A stretch of DNA of 64,000 nucleotides from the IMG/VR virus record IMGVR_UViG_3300033073_001074, positions 1 to 64,000 of that record; one strand, 5' to 3'. The DNA is from a virus (Duplodnaviria; Caudoviricetes). Positions 37,265 to 46,454 of this stretch are shown here, one piece after another. The stretch's first letter is position 1, and each line of letters opens with the position of its first letter. Position numbers and translations under genes: made by a program. The notes below the pieces were generated by a model. It had not been told where the DNA came from, searched no databases, and saw only the letters and a list, made by a program, of their open reading frames with translations.

Positions 37265-37971
37265 TGGGATTTAATACATATCGGGATTATATCGTTTTTG
37301 ACTTTGAAACAACTGGTAAAAATCCATATGGTTGTCAATTGACTCAGATTGCCGCTGTAGTCGTTCATGGCAAGAAGTTGACCCTTCAGCCCGGTGGAGT
37401 GTTCAACATCGAAGTAAGGCCCGAATTTGACGACGAGAAGGCTATTGCTGCGGGATTCGATCCGGTAGAACAAGAAGCGTTAGACATTACACGTAAAACC
37501 CGCGAGCAACTTGAAAAAGCCATTGGTCCAAAAGAAGCATGGAGTCAGTTTACAAACTTTGTAAATAAGTTTAATGCAAAAGGTAGTCAATACTATGCAC
37601 CGATTCCTGTAGGATATAACATTAATAATTTCGACTTGCCAATTGTGCATCGATATTGTAATATTTATGGTCCAAAAGATGAAAAGAGTGGCAGACAAAA
37701 GCTATTCAATCAAATCTTTAAAGTGGATATGATGGATAACATGTTTATGTGGTTTGAAGATCATAGCGATGTACAAAAGCTAAATATGGACTATCTTCGT
37801 GATTATCTAGGATTTCCGCAAGCATCCAAGGATAATGCTCACGATGCCTTGTTTGACGTTATCGATACCGCTAATCTATTTACTAGATTCCTAAAGTATC
37901 ATAGACGACATAGCTCAGCAGCTAAATTTGAAAAATCATTTGCAAATGCCAAAATGGATATTTCATTATGA
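37264..37971 (+). CDS. DEDDh 3'-5' exonuclease (DnaQ/epsilon-like)
   Basis: IVFDFETTG (Exo I); GYNINNFDL (Exo II); AHDALFDV (Exo III). Confidence 0.88.
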   Translation: MGFNTYRDYIVFDFETTGKNPYGCQLTQIAAVVVHGKKLTLQPGGVFNIEVRPEFDDEKAIAAGFDPVEQEALDITRKTREQLEKAIGPKEAWSQFTNFVNKFNAKGSQYYAPIPVGYNINNFDLPIVHRYCNIYGPKDEKSGRQKLFNQIFKVDMMDNMFMWFEDHSDVQKLNMDYLRDYLGFPQASKDNAHDALFDVIDTANLFTRFLKYHRRHSSAAKFEKSFANAKMDISL

Positions 37972-38183
37972 AAGTATTAGATATAAAAAAACCACAAATT
38001 TTTTATGTTGAAGTGGATGAACAAAGTCCTTGGAATTGGTACGTAAGAACCGTTGGCAAGGATAATACTGCAACATGGAATTATATGAACGATTATCAAC
38101 TTCATATAAATGAAGAACGCGAAAAATTGCTAGAAGAAGCATACATAGATTATGTCGAAAGGACATTTAATGGCTGCGCTTAA
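37968..38183 (+). CDS. hypothetical protein between the dnaE halves
   Basis: 71 aa, ATGA overlap. Confidence 0.55.
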   Translation: MKVLDIKKPQIFYVEVDEQSPWNWYVRTVGKDNTATWNYMNDYQLHINEEREKLLEEAYIDYVERTFNGCA

Positions 38184-39738
38184 TATTGATGATTTTGAAG
38201 ATCAAGCAACTTGGGATTTAATTAGTAGCGGTAAAACAAAAGGTGTGTTCCAGCTAGAATCAAAACTTGGTTCTAGTTGGGCCAAACGAGTTAAGCCTCG
38301 AAATATTGAAGAACTTGCAGACTTGATCTCCATTATTAGACCGGGAACACTAGAGGCTGAAATGGAAGGCAAATCCATGACTAAGCACTATGTTGACCGC
38401 AAATGGAAAATTGACGAAGTAAAATATATACATCCTGCTCTTGAGCCGTTACTAGGGAATACTTATGGTATTATTGTATATCAAGAACAGGCTATGAAAA
38501 TTGCAACAGCCTTAGCCGGTTTTACGCCGGAAGAGGCTGATTCTTTGCGTAAAGCTATGGGTAAAAAAGATGCAGCACTTATGAATGAAGTTGGTACAAA
38601 GTTTATCAATGGATGTAAAACAAAGGGAATTGTAGATGAGCAATCAGCAGCAACTATTTTTAACTGGATTCAGGCTTCAGCCCGATACTCATTTAACAAG
38701 AGTCACGCTGTAGCGTATGCTATTAATTCTTTTCGTTCGGCATATTGCAAAGCTCACTCGCCACTAAAATTTTATGAAGCATATCTAAACCATGCGCATA
38801 ATAAGCCAGATAAGCAAAGAGAACTTAAAGAGCTTATTATGGATGCTAAGCTAATTGGAATTGAAGTATATCCTCCTAGAATTGACAATCTCCATAGAAT
38901 ATTTACTCGCAATCCTGATAAGAATATTATTTATTTTGGATATAGCAATGTAAAAAGCGTTGGAGAAGGAGAGCAAGAAAAAATAGAACAGATCATAAAA
39001 TCAGCCCAAGAACAACTTCGAAAATCTATAGAGAACTTTTCTTGGTTGGAGATCATGTTTTATCTAGGATGCAAAATGAAAAGAAATGCCTTCATATCTT
39101 TGATTAGTGTAGGCACTTTTTCTAGTCGAGCAAATTCAATCTCTAGAAATGCAATGCTGTTTGAATTTGACCTATTTGACAAATTAAGCATTAAAGAACA
39201 AGAGTGGGTTATAGCAAATAATGATAACTCTTCTTTGCTACAATTAGTCAAAAGGATGATTAATGAGAATGCAAAAATTAGTGCAAAGCGAATGAAGTCC
39301 GTATTGGATATATATCAAGCTCTTGGCAATCCACCTTATTCACTAGAAGATGACTATGCGTGGATAGCAGAGACTGAACAGAAATTAATGGGATGTGCTT
39401 TGACATGTTCTAAAGTTGATATGTCTAATACAGATGTAAATATTACATGTGCAGAAATTGCTACGGGCGAAGTCAAAGCTATGAAAAGTGCCTGCCTAGC
39501 TATTAGAGTTAATGAAGTAAAAGAATATACTCTTAAAAGAGGTCAAAATATAGGAAGGGTAATGGGATTCATTTCCGGAGAAGATAACTCAGGAGAACTT
39601 GATTCTATTACGCTGTTTTGTGATGAATTTGAGAAATTTAAAAAGTTGCTTTTTATAGGCAATACGGTATTATTATATGGTGAGGTCCAAGAAAAGAAGG
39701 ACAAATCCTTTGTCGTAAAAGAAATAGTGCAAATTTAG
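38170..39738 (+). CDS. dnaE: DNA polymerase III alpha, C-terminal half (fingers, HhH, OB)
   Basis: Start ATG 38170 after AGGA; TWDLISSGKTKGVFQLES; IIRPG; TYGIIVYQEQ; LRKAMGKK; YSFNKSHAVAYA; OB-fold tail. Confidence 0.9.
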   Translation: MAALNIDDFEDQATWDLISSGKTKGVFQLESKLGSSWAKRVKPRNIEELADLISIIRPGTLEAEMEGKSMTKHYVDRKWKIDEVKYIHPALEPLLGNTYGIIVYQEQAMKIATALAGFTPEEADSLRKAMGKKDAALMNEVGTKFINGCKTKGIVDEQSAATIFNWIQASARYSFNKSHAVAYAINSFRSAYCKAHSPLKFYEAYLNHAHNKPDKQRELKELIMDAKLIGIEVYPPRIDNLHRIFTRNPDKNIIYFGYSNVKSVGEGEQEKIEQIIKSAQEQLRKSIENFSWLEIMFYLGCKMKRNAFISLISVGTFSSRANSISRNAMLFEFDLFDKLSIKEQEWVIANNDNSSLLQLVKRMINENAKISAKRMKSVLDIYQALGNPPYSLEDDYAWIAETEQKLMGCALTCSKVDMSNTDVNITCAEIATGEVKAMKSACLAIRVNEVKEYTLKRGQNIGRVMGFISGEDNSGELDSITLFCDEFEKFKKLLFIGNTVLLYGEVQEKKDKSFVVKEIVQI

Positions 39739-39747
39739 GAGATCAGT

Positions 39748-40077
39748 ATGAATGTTTGTTGTTTTATTGGCAAATTGGCAAATGACCCGGAACTAAGAGA
39801 AATTAATGGGACATATGTTGTTAATTTTTCTCTTGCTGTAGAGGACTATAGAAAATCTAATGATGGTGAAAAACATCGTCGAGTAGATTTTTTTGATTTT
39901 GAAGCGTGGGATACTGGCGCAACCACAATTGCTAAATATTTCAAGAAGGGCGATATGATGGCAATTGAAGCGGAAGCTAGGCAGCATAAGTGGACATCGA
40001 ACGAACAAAAGCGTCAAAAGGTTGTTTTTCGCGTGAAGACATTTAAATCAGCAGGATGTAAAGTGGACCAAGAATAA
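39748..40077 (+). CDS. ssb: single-stranded DNA-binding protein (short, no acidic tail)
   Basis: IGKLANDPELR...VNFSLAV...FFDFEAWD..A..IAKYFKKGD...W. Confidence 0.88.
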   Translation: MNVCCFIGKLANDPELREINGTYVVNFSLAVEDYRKSNDGEKHRRVDFFDFEAWDTGATTIAKYFKKGDMMAIEAEARQHKWTSNEQKRQKVVFRVKTFKSAGCKVDQE

Positions 40078-41723
40078 TGAAGAAAAAAGTATTATTTGTA
40101 ACGGAGGCATCGCACCATCCTACGGGATATTCTGTCTATACCAAAGAAGTATTGAGCAGATTATCAAAGTCTCAAGAAATTGAAGTAGCAGAGTTGGCTT
40201 GCTATGCTTCTCCAGAAGAAATTGAATCTCAAAATAATAGTTGGAAAATATATCCAAATATTCCTAGCGCAGAGCATAAAGAAGCTATGGATATGTATAA
40301 TTCTTCTATGTCAAACAAATTTGGGGATTTTTCTTTTAATAGAGTATTGCTTGATTTTAAGCCACACTTTGTTATGGATATTAGAGATTGGTGGATGCTT
40401 GAATTCGAAGAACGGTCTCCATTCAGATCGTTTTTTAATTGGGCAATTATGCCAACAGTAGATGCAGAACCTCAACACGGTCAATGGATAGACACATACT
40501 CATCTGCCGATGGAGTGTTTGCATATTCTGAATTTGGTAGAGATACTATGAAAAAGCAGTCTTCTAAAATTAATTTTGTGGATATTCCATCGCCATGTGC
40601 GAGCGATACTTTTCACAAGATAGAAGACAAGAAAGCTCTAAGATCACAATACGGACTCCGAGACGATATTGTTGTTTTCGGAACTGTTATGAGAAATCAG
40701 AGAAGAAAGTTATATCCAGACTTGTTCAAGGCATTTAGACTATTCCTTGATCAAAATCCAGAACAGACTAATGCATATCTTTATTGCCACACTGCATATC
40801 CAGATGTTGGTTGGGATATTCCGGATTTAATCAAAGAGAATGGATTGTCTAATCGAGTTCTGTTGACATATAAGTGTCGTCAATGTGGAAAAGTTAAGCC
40901 GATGTTTTTTAATGACGCTGTGGCTTTTTGCAATGATTGTAAATCTTTTACATATACAATTGTGGGGTTAAACAATAGAATTGACGATGTAGAACTCAAC
41001 AAGATATATAACCTATTTGATGTCTATATCCAATGGGCAAATAGTGAAGGTTGGGGTATGCCACAACTAGAAGCTGCGTATGCGGGATTACCAGTTGTAT
41101 CTGTTTATTACTCCGCTATGCAATCTTTGATTGATAACATCAGAGGAATTGGTATTAAGCCAGTTGGGTTCTATAAAGAGCTAGAAACTGGATGTTTAAG
41201 AGCAGTTCCAGATAATCAACAATTAGCGAGAATCATGGCTAATCTATGCGACGATAATTATAGAAAATTGGTTGCAACCAGATGCTATCATAATGCTAGA
41301 GATATTTACAATTGGGACTATACTGCAAACAAGTGGTTAAAATATTTCTTAAATACTCCAGTTAAAAATGAGAACCAAACATGGTTATCACCTCCTAGAT
41401 TTTTTAATCCTATGAGACAATCGCCAGCAAACATTACTTCGTTGCCGGTAACAGATCAAGTCGATTGGTTATTCCATAATGTTTTGGGTATGCCAGATAT
41501 GATCAACGGTTCTACATGGAAAAAGTTAGTTAAAGACTTAACATATAGAAGCGCCATGACAGGCATGATTCCCGGATATTATTTTAATGATAATTCGCAT
41601 CCGGATTACGAAAAGAAGTTTGAAGAATTTACTTTTGAAAAAGCATTCAACTTTTGTTTACAAATGCGTGATCATTACAATCAATGGGAAAACATTAGAG
41701 TTCAAATGTTAGGTGTAAAATGA
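40077..41723 (+). CDS. glycosyltransferase family 4 with internal zinc-ribbon insert
   Basis: VMRNQRRKLYPDL; EGWGMPQLEAAYAGLPVV EX7E signature; inserted CRQC...CNDC. Confidence 0.85.
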   Translation: MKKKVLFVTEASHHPTGYSVYTKEVLSRLSKSQEIEVAELACYASPEEIESQNNSWKIYPNIPSAEHKEAMDMYNSSMSNKFGDFSFNRVLLDFKPHFVMDIRDWWMLEFEERSPFRSFFNWAIMPTVDAEPQHGQWIDTYSSADGVFAYSEFGRDTMKKQSSKINFVDIPSPCASDTFHKIEDKKALRSQYGLRDDIVVFGTVMRNQRRKLYPDLFKAFRLFLDQNPEQTNAYLYCHTAYPDVGWDIPDLIKENGLSNRVLLTYKCRQCGKVKPMFFNDAVAFCNDCKSFTYTIVGLNNRIDDVELNKIYNLFDVYIQWANSEGWGMPQLEAAYAGLPVVSVYYSAMQSLIDNIRGIGIKPVGFYKELETGCLRAVPDNQQLARIMANLCDDNYRKLVATRCYHNARDIYNWDYTANKWLKYFLNTPVKNENQTWLSPPRFFNPMRQSPANITSLPVTDQVDWLFHNVLGMPDMINGSTWKKLVKDLTYRSAMTGMIPGYYFNDNSHPDYEKKFEEFTFEKAFNFCLQMRDHYNQWENIRVQMLGVK

Positions 41724-42799
41724 AAATAAGATATATTGCTAACTTTACAGATGGAACAGAGTGGTCTAGAATAGCTACTTATAATGCGCTAAATCTTAAC
41801 GCCATAGGATATGATGTATATTGTGAAGATTTTAAATACAATCAAAACAATATATTATTAGAAGAAGAAATTGACTCACTACTATCTAAAGATAAGAATG
41901 GTGTTAAGTTTGATTATTGCTTACAGCAAGTTCTTCCTAATGACTACAAGTATTATGGTGGCGTTAAAAATGTTGGAGTAATTGGATTAGAATCAAGAAC
42001 TATATCTTTTACTCCTTGGATTAAAGCATTTAAAATGATGGACTATATGCTGGTTCCTGACCGATATACAAGCCACGCATTAGCTTCGATTGGAATTAAT
42101 TCTAGAATTTTTCATTACTCTTTTAATTATGAAGCAGCGGCCAGTTTTGAAGTTTCACCGATAAAAGAAATTGAAAAATCTTTTAACTTCTTTGTCGGTG
42201 GAAATATGGGGAGATTAAAGAATCTTGAATCGGCACTTATTGCGTTTCATTCTGAGTTTGACAAAACTGAATCAGTAAATATTATTTTATGCTTTGATAA
42301 AGAAATTCAAGCTATGTCAGAGTATCTAAATAAGTTTTCAGAGTTGACTAGACTGGGAAACAGAGTTCATAAAGAAATTATTCTGTCGTCCGCTGATGAC
42401 CGAAATAGGATTGCGAACTTCTTAGCTAATGCAAATGTGTATATAGCTCCTGATTATGGAAATAGCTGTGATTATTTTGCTATGAATGCTATGGCAAAAG
42501 GGTCTCCGGTGATCTATAATAGTAATATAGGAATAAAAGAATTTTGCCAACAAAGTGGAATAGAGGTGAGTTCAATCGACGAGCCTTGCTTTGGGGTCAC
42601 AGAAACAATTCCGTTCTTATTTTCATCTAAAGATATCTGGTCGAGAATTAATATTCTTGATTTAAGAAGTAAGATGCGTCAAATATATGAGATTTGGAAA
42701 AATAATCCAAGTTACTACAATCAAATAAGAACGAATACTGTTAATGAGATCAGAAAATTTGATTATCGTATTAATAATTTAAATGGGAGCTTTTTATGA
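41720..42799 (+). CDS. GT-B/GT4-like protein, probably degenerate
   Basis: GT4-like layout (KNLESALIAFHSEF; AMAKGSPVI) but the EX7E position reads NSCDYFAMN. Confidence 0.6.
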   Translation: MKIRYIANFTDGTEWSRIATYNALNLNAIGYDVYCEDFKYNQNNILLEEEIDSLLSKDKNGVKFDYCLQQVLPNDYKYYGGVKNVGVIGLESRTISFTPWIKAFKMMDYMLVPDRYTSHALASIGINSRIFHYSFNYEAAASFEVSPIKEIEKSFNFFVGGNMGRLKNLESALIAFHSEFDKTESVNIILCFDKEIQAMSEYLNKFSELTRLGNRVHKEIILSSADDRNRIANFLANANVYIAPDYGNSCDYFAMNAMAKGSPVIYNSNIGIKEFCQQSGIEVSSIDEPCFGVTETIPFLFSSKDIWSRINILDLRSKMRQIYEIWKNNPSYYNQIRTNTVNEIRKFDYRINNLNGSFL

Positions 42800-43227
42800 A
42801 GATATATGTTGGACATGGGAATCTTGAGTCTTCTGGATTTAAAAATATCACAGAGCCAAAGATGCTTGAATATATTGTAGATGATTCCGAAGCGACTGAA
42901 ATCGTTTTTGATAATATTTTACGAGCAAACTTTCTACAAGATGTAGATAAGATTATCGAATTAGCAGCAAAGAAATTGAGATCTAATGGGTCTATAACGA
43001 TTATAGATATTGATTTTGAACTACTGGCTTTTGCATTTTCTAAGGCTGGTGATATCGTACAACTTAATCAAGCAGTTATCAATAACAAAACACCAATCAG
43101 ATCTTTTCTCACTCATGAACTGCTTAATATGATAGCCCAATCAAAAAAGCTCACGGTAGAACTTGTTAATATGAAAAATGTTGAGTTTATGCTAACACTA
43201 AGAAGGGTTGTAAATAATGGAGTTTAA
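42796..43227 (+). CDS. degenerate class I methyltransferase-like protein
   Basis: DDSEATEIVFDNIL...KKLRSNGSITIIDID resembles the MTase core; SAM-binding motif eroded. Confidence 0.45.
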   Translation: MKIYVGHGNLESSGFKNITEPKMLEYIVDDSEATEIVFDNILRANFLQDVDKIIELAAKKLRSNGSITIIDIDFELLAFAFSKAGDIVQLNQAVINNKTPIRSFLTHELLNMIAQSKKLTVELVNMKNVEFMLTLRRVVNNGV

Positions 43228-43942
43228 TATTTTCTCTTGCTATAAATGTAAACATGCCCAGATTAAGGATAGTAAACAGGTTGGATGTGATCTGGGCCAC
43301 CTTCAGTTTTTCATGATACAGAACAAAGCTGAGATCCTGAATGATGATTATTTCTATTCACTAGGAAGAGTTTGTTTATCAAAAGATGATAATACTCCTC
43401 GCCCAGAAAAGGATGTTCGTCTTGGGTATTTATTTATTTTAGACGACGAGACAAAAATAGAGCAGCTTATCAAAAATATTGATCTTATTAAAGATAAAGA
43501 TCCTTTGTGGATTGGAGTTGTTCACAGCTTTAGTAATTCTCACAACACAATTGTAGATGCAGTCAAACCTATTGGATGCAAGTACAATATTATTCTTAAT
43601 TACGAGAGTGCCGAAAATATATATAAGCCAGACCAGTTTATGAATAATTATCTAAATGGCTGGACATTGGTAAATGTTGTTGGACAACCATTCAAATTCA
43701 ATGCCAAAGAAATACTAAGCAATTTTGTATTTGAACAGTCTGGAGTGGCCGGAGCGATTCTTGAAAATATCGAAGAAAATGTTAACAATGCTTGCTTCTT
43801 CAATATTATATATAAAACCTTAAAAGGTAGCAAGATCGACTTTGATGAGGATGGCAATCTTTTAGATTTTAGATTTATTGAGAAGATTATTAATAATAAT
43901 CCTAATATGATCAAGTATTGGAAGGATTTAGAATGTCATTAA
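43217..43942 (+). CDS. hypothetical protein
   Basis: 241 aa; N-terminal CYKC...C...C motif; overlaps neighbours. Confidence 0.6.
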   Translation: MEFNIFSCYKCKHAQIKDSKQVGCDLGHLQFFMIQNKAEILNDDYFYSLGRVCLSKDDNTPRPEKDVRLGYLFILDDETKIEQLIKNIDLIKDKDPLWIGVVHSFSNSHNTIVDAVKPIGCKYNIILNYESAENIYKPDQFMNNYLNGWTLVNVVGQPFKFNAKEILSNFVFEQSGVAGAILENIEENVNNACFFNIIYKTLKGSKIDFDEDGNLLDFRFIEKIINNNPNMIKYWKDLECH

Positions 43943-44553
43943 CGGTTATCACGGTTATAAATCAAGAAACCAATGTAGTCTCAACGCTCGCAAGTGTATT
44001 GGAGTCTACATATAAGCCACATACATATTGCGTTGTAATTGGTAAAGAATGCTCTGAAAAAACGAAAGAATCAGTTCTTGTCCTATTTAAGGGGTGTTGC
44101 GGAGCAGAAACAAAACAAACAACTGAAGATTCTGGGGTTGTCTATGAAACCAATCTGAATGGAGTCAATCTTATCTGCGTACTAAGTAATCTTGAAAACA
44201 GTAATGTTAAAGGATTGTACAGTTTAGCAATCTCAAAGACTGTTGACTTTTCAAAAAATTATGTTATACTTAATCAGGGTGTATCAATTTCTGAAAACGG
44301 TCTGAGATTATTAGATGATAAATTATCTAATCCAGTTATAGGATTTGTCTACTCTGATTATATTCAAAATAACGTTTATAGATATGTTGGCAATTTTCAC
44401 TACCTAATTAGAAACAAAGTAAACATAGTATCTTATGGCTTAAAAGCGTCATTGATTAATGAGACGTTAAAAGTAGATCCATTTGATATAGCAAGTACAG
44501 TTTACAATACAGCAATTGTTTCTAAGATACCACAACCCGTTTTTGCCTTATGA
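43933..44553 (+). CDS. GT2-like protein, probably degenerate
   Basis: Start ATG 43933; LTVITVI...TLASVLESTY...IGFVYSDY; no DxD at the expected site (YVILNQG). Confidence 0.5.
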   Translation: MSLTVITVINQETNVVSTLASVLESTYKPHTYCVVIGKECSEKTKESVLVLFKGCCGAETKQTTEDSGVVYETNLNGVNLICVLSNLENSNVKGLYSLAISKTVDFSKNYVILNQGVSISENGLRLLDDKLSNPVIGFVYSDYIQNNVYRYVGNFHYLIRNKVNIVSYGLKASLINETLKVDPFDIASTVYNTAIVSKIPQPVFAL

Positions 44554-45260
44554 GTCGATTTACAAAGAAAATTAAAGATAGGTTCTCGCATCCAATACAA
44601 GTTGCAATTCTTGCGGCTGGTATTGGGGCAAGAACAAAATCATATGAACCAAGATGTTTGTTAAAGTATAATTCTAAAATTATATTGGAAACACAACTGT
44701 CGGTGCTTTCTGAAAGATTCCCTAAAAGTGAAATTAGTATTGTTTGCGGACATGATTCTGGTAGAATAATTAAGAAGGTTGGTAAGCAACATAGAATTAT
44801 TGAAAACCAAATTTATGAAAACACTAATAGCGGAGAAAGCCTAAAATTAGCAGTAAACAATTCTCTATTAGATAACTTCATGTTTATGCATGGTGATCTA
44901 GTTATATCTTATGAAATATTCAATTCGATTAATTTAAACAGTTCATTTATCCTTGTAGATAGCATGAATAAGTTTGAAGAGAAAGAAGTTGGTGTAACCG
45001 TTGTAGATGGGAAAGTTTCTGTACTATCATATAATCTTCCAGTAAAGTGGTGTCAGATCGCTTATTTTACCGGAGAAGAAATGAACATACTTAGAAAATT
45101 ATTAATCAGACAGGATTTTAATTCAAAGTATATTCTAACATTTGAAATTATAAATAAAGTAATTGAGCTTGGTGGTAGCTTTAAAAGCTATGATATTGGA
45201 ACAAGTTTTATAAAAGAAATAGATAGCCTGAAGGATATAAATAATGAAACTACTAGTTGA
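44550..45260 (+). CDS. nucleotidyltransferase (NTP_transferase / LicC-like)
   Basis: AILAAGIGAR; PRCLL; NTNSGESL; FMHGDL; KEIDSLKDI. Confidence 0.8.
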   Translation: MSRFTKKIKDRFSHPIQVAILAAGIGARTKSYEPRCLLKYNSKIILETQLSVLSERFPKSEISIVCGHDSGRIIKKVGKQHRIIENQIYENTNSGESLKLAVNNSLLDNFMFMHGDLVISYEIFNSINLNSSFILVDSMNKFEEKEVGVTVVDGKVSVLSYNLPVKWCQIAYFTGEEMNILRKLLIRQDFNSKYILTFEIINKVIELGGSFKSYDIGTSFIKEIDSLKDINNETTS

Positions 45261-46002
45261 TGATAATTTAATCTCATACGCTTTACCTGCGGTATATTGT
45301 GGATTTAAAGCATCTAAACATGATCCAAAAGCAATGTCAACATTTGATACGTTTGACTTCGTACAACCTGATTTATACATAGCAAGTGCTGATAAATTAA
45401 ACGATACAATCTATAAAAATCTAGATGAACGTCCGGGTTTAAGAGTTTGTGTGTTGGATGGATCAGAATCGGATCTTATTCATCCTAAGTTTAATGATTT
45501 TAAAAATAGATATGGAACGGCTCATCCTTGGATTAAACAATCTGCTGTTGGCGATTTAGTCACATATGCGAAATCTGAATATATCAGCAAATACAAATCC
45601 GACATTGTTTCCATAGAAGAAATCCCAATTCCGGGAATTGAAAATCTATACGTTCCTGAAGAATATATATTTCGTATTTTTTCAGAATCATTAGTTAATC
45701 ACCCAAATTATTGCGGGTTTATTTTGCAAAATCTAAAAAAGAATTTTTATAAGTCTTCAAGGTTTAGTGTATCGGGTGGATCAAATTACTTTAATTCGAT
45801 ATTGTGCGATTGCTACCCAATACGGATTGATGAATTTGATGTGAATATCCTAGAGACAGACCAATCTCGCAAACTAAAAGAATTAAAAGAAGAAACCATA
45901 AATAACTATACTAATTTTCAAGTACTAATCAATATTCTAGGCTTTATGGGATTTGACAAAGAAAGTAACTTGTTGAAGAGTAGAATGGGAGAATTGCTAT
46001 GA
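45244..46002 (+). CDS. hypothetical protein, possibly GT-B-like remnant
   Basis: 252 aa in the coupled cluster; only weak resemblance. Confidence 0.5.
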   Translation: MKLLVDDNLISYALPAVYCGFKASKHDPKAMSTFDTFDFVQPDLYIASADKLNDTIYKNLDERPGLRVCVLDGSESDLIHPKFNDFKNRYGTAHPWIKQSAVGDLVTYAKSEYISKYKSDIVSIEEIPIPGIENLYVPEEYIFRIFSESLVNHPNYCGFILQNLKKNFYKSSRFSVSGGSNYFNSILCDCYPIRIDEFDVNILETDQSRKLKELKEETINNYTNFQVLINILGFMGFDKESNLLKSRMGELL

Positions 46003-46454
46003 ATATTGGTTTTGTAGTAAATAATATAGCGGTATCAGAAATTAACTATGAACTTATCTCATGCGTTAATCAATTGGCAGACAAAGATACAAAGACATCT
46101 CCATATATTTTCTTTCAAAACATTTCACCAACGTTCACTGCTGTGAATTGTATGACAATGAATATCGTAGGCATCAACGGTTTTCAAGGAAAGCTGGTGG
46201 CATTTGATCTTGAATCTGCAAACATCATTAATAAGAATAATCAAAATTCAGAAAACTATTTTTACCTTACTGATCTAGAATGGCTTACAAAGGTAGTGAA
46301 TTACACAGTAGTTCTTGATATTTTGAATAGTTTTAAAATCTATGTTAGAAGTGAATATCATCGCACTATAGTTAAAAATTTTACTGGGCGAGAAGATATT
46401 GAAGTTATGGAATCAGTGGGAGATCTTGTAGAATGCTTAATATCAAACAGCTAA
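45999..46454 (+). CDS. hypothetical protein, possibly Rossmann/GT N-domain remnant
   Basis: MNIGFVV...; ATGA coupling. Confidence 0.5.
   Translation: MNIGFVVNNIAVSEINYELISCVNQLADKDTKTSPYIFFQNISPTFTAVNCMTMNIVGINGFQGKLVAFDLESANIINKNNQNSENYFYLTDLEWLTKVVNYTVVLDILNSFKIYVRSEYHRTIVKNFTGREDIEVMESVGDLVECLISNS

Noticed and set aside
37000-38250. Split intein or group I intron explaining the broken dnaE
   Set aside because: No intein N-terminal C/S block after the N-half, no HN-C/S before the C-half and no intron-like structure; the gap is fully occupied by coupled ORFs including an exonuclease
24651-42285. Additional TTGACA hits with partial -10 boxes (24651, 39400, 42258)
   Set aside because: Mismatches at key -10 positions or suboptimal spacing; plausible by chance in AT-rich DNA
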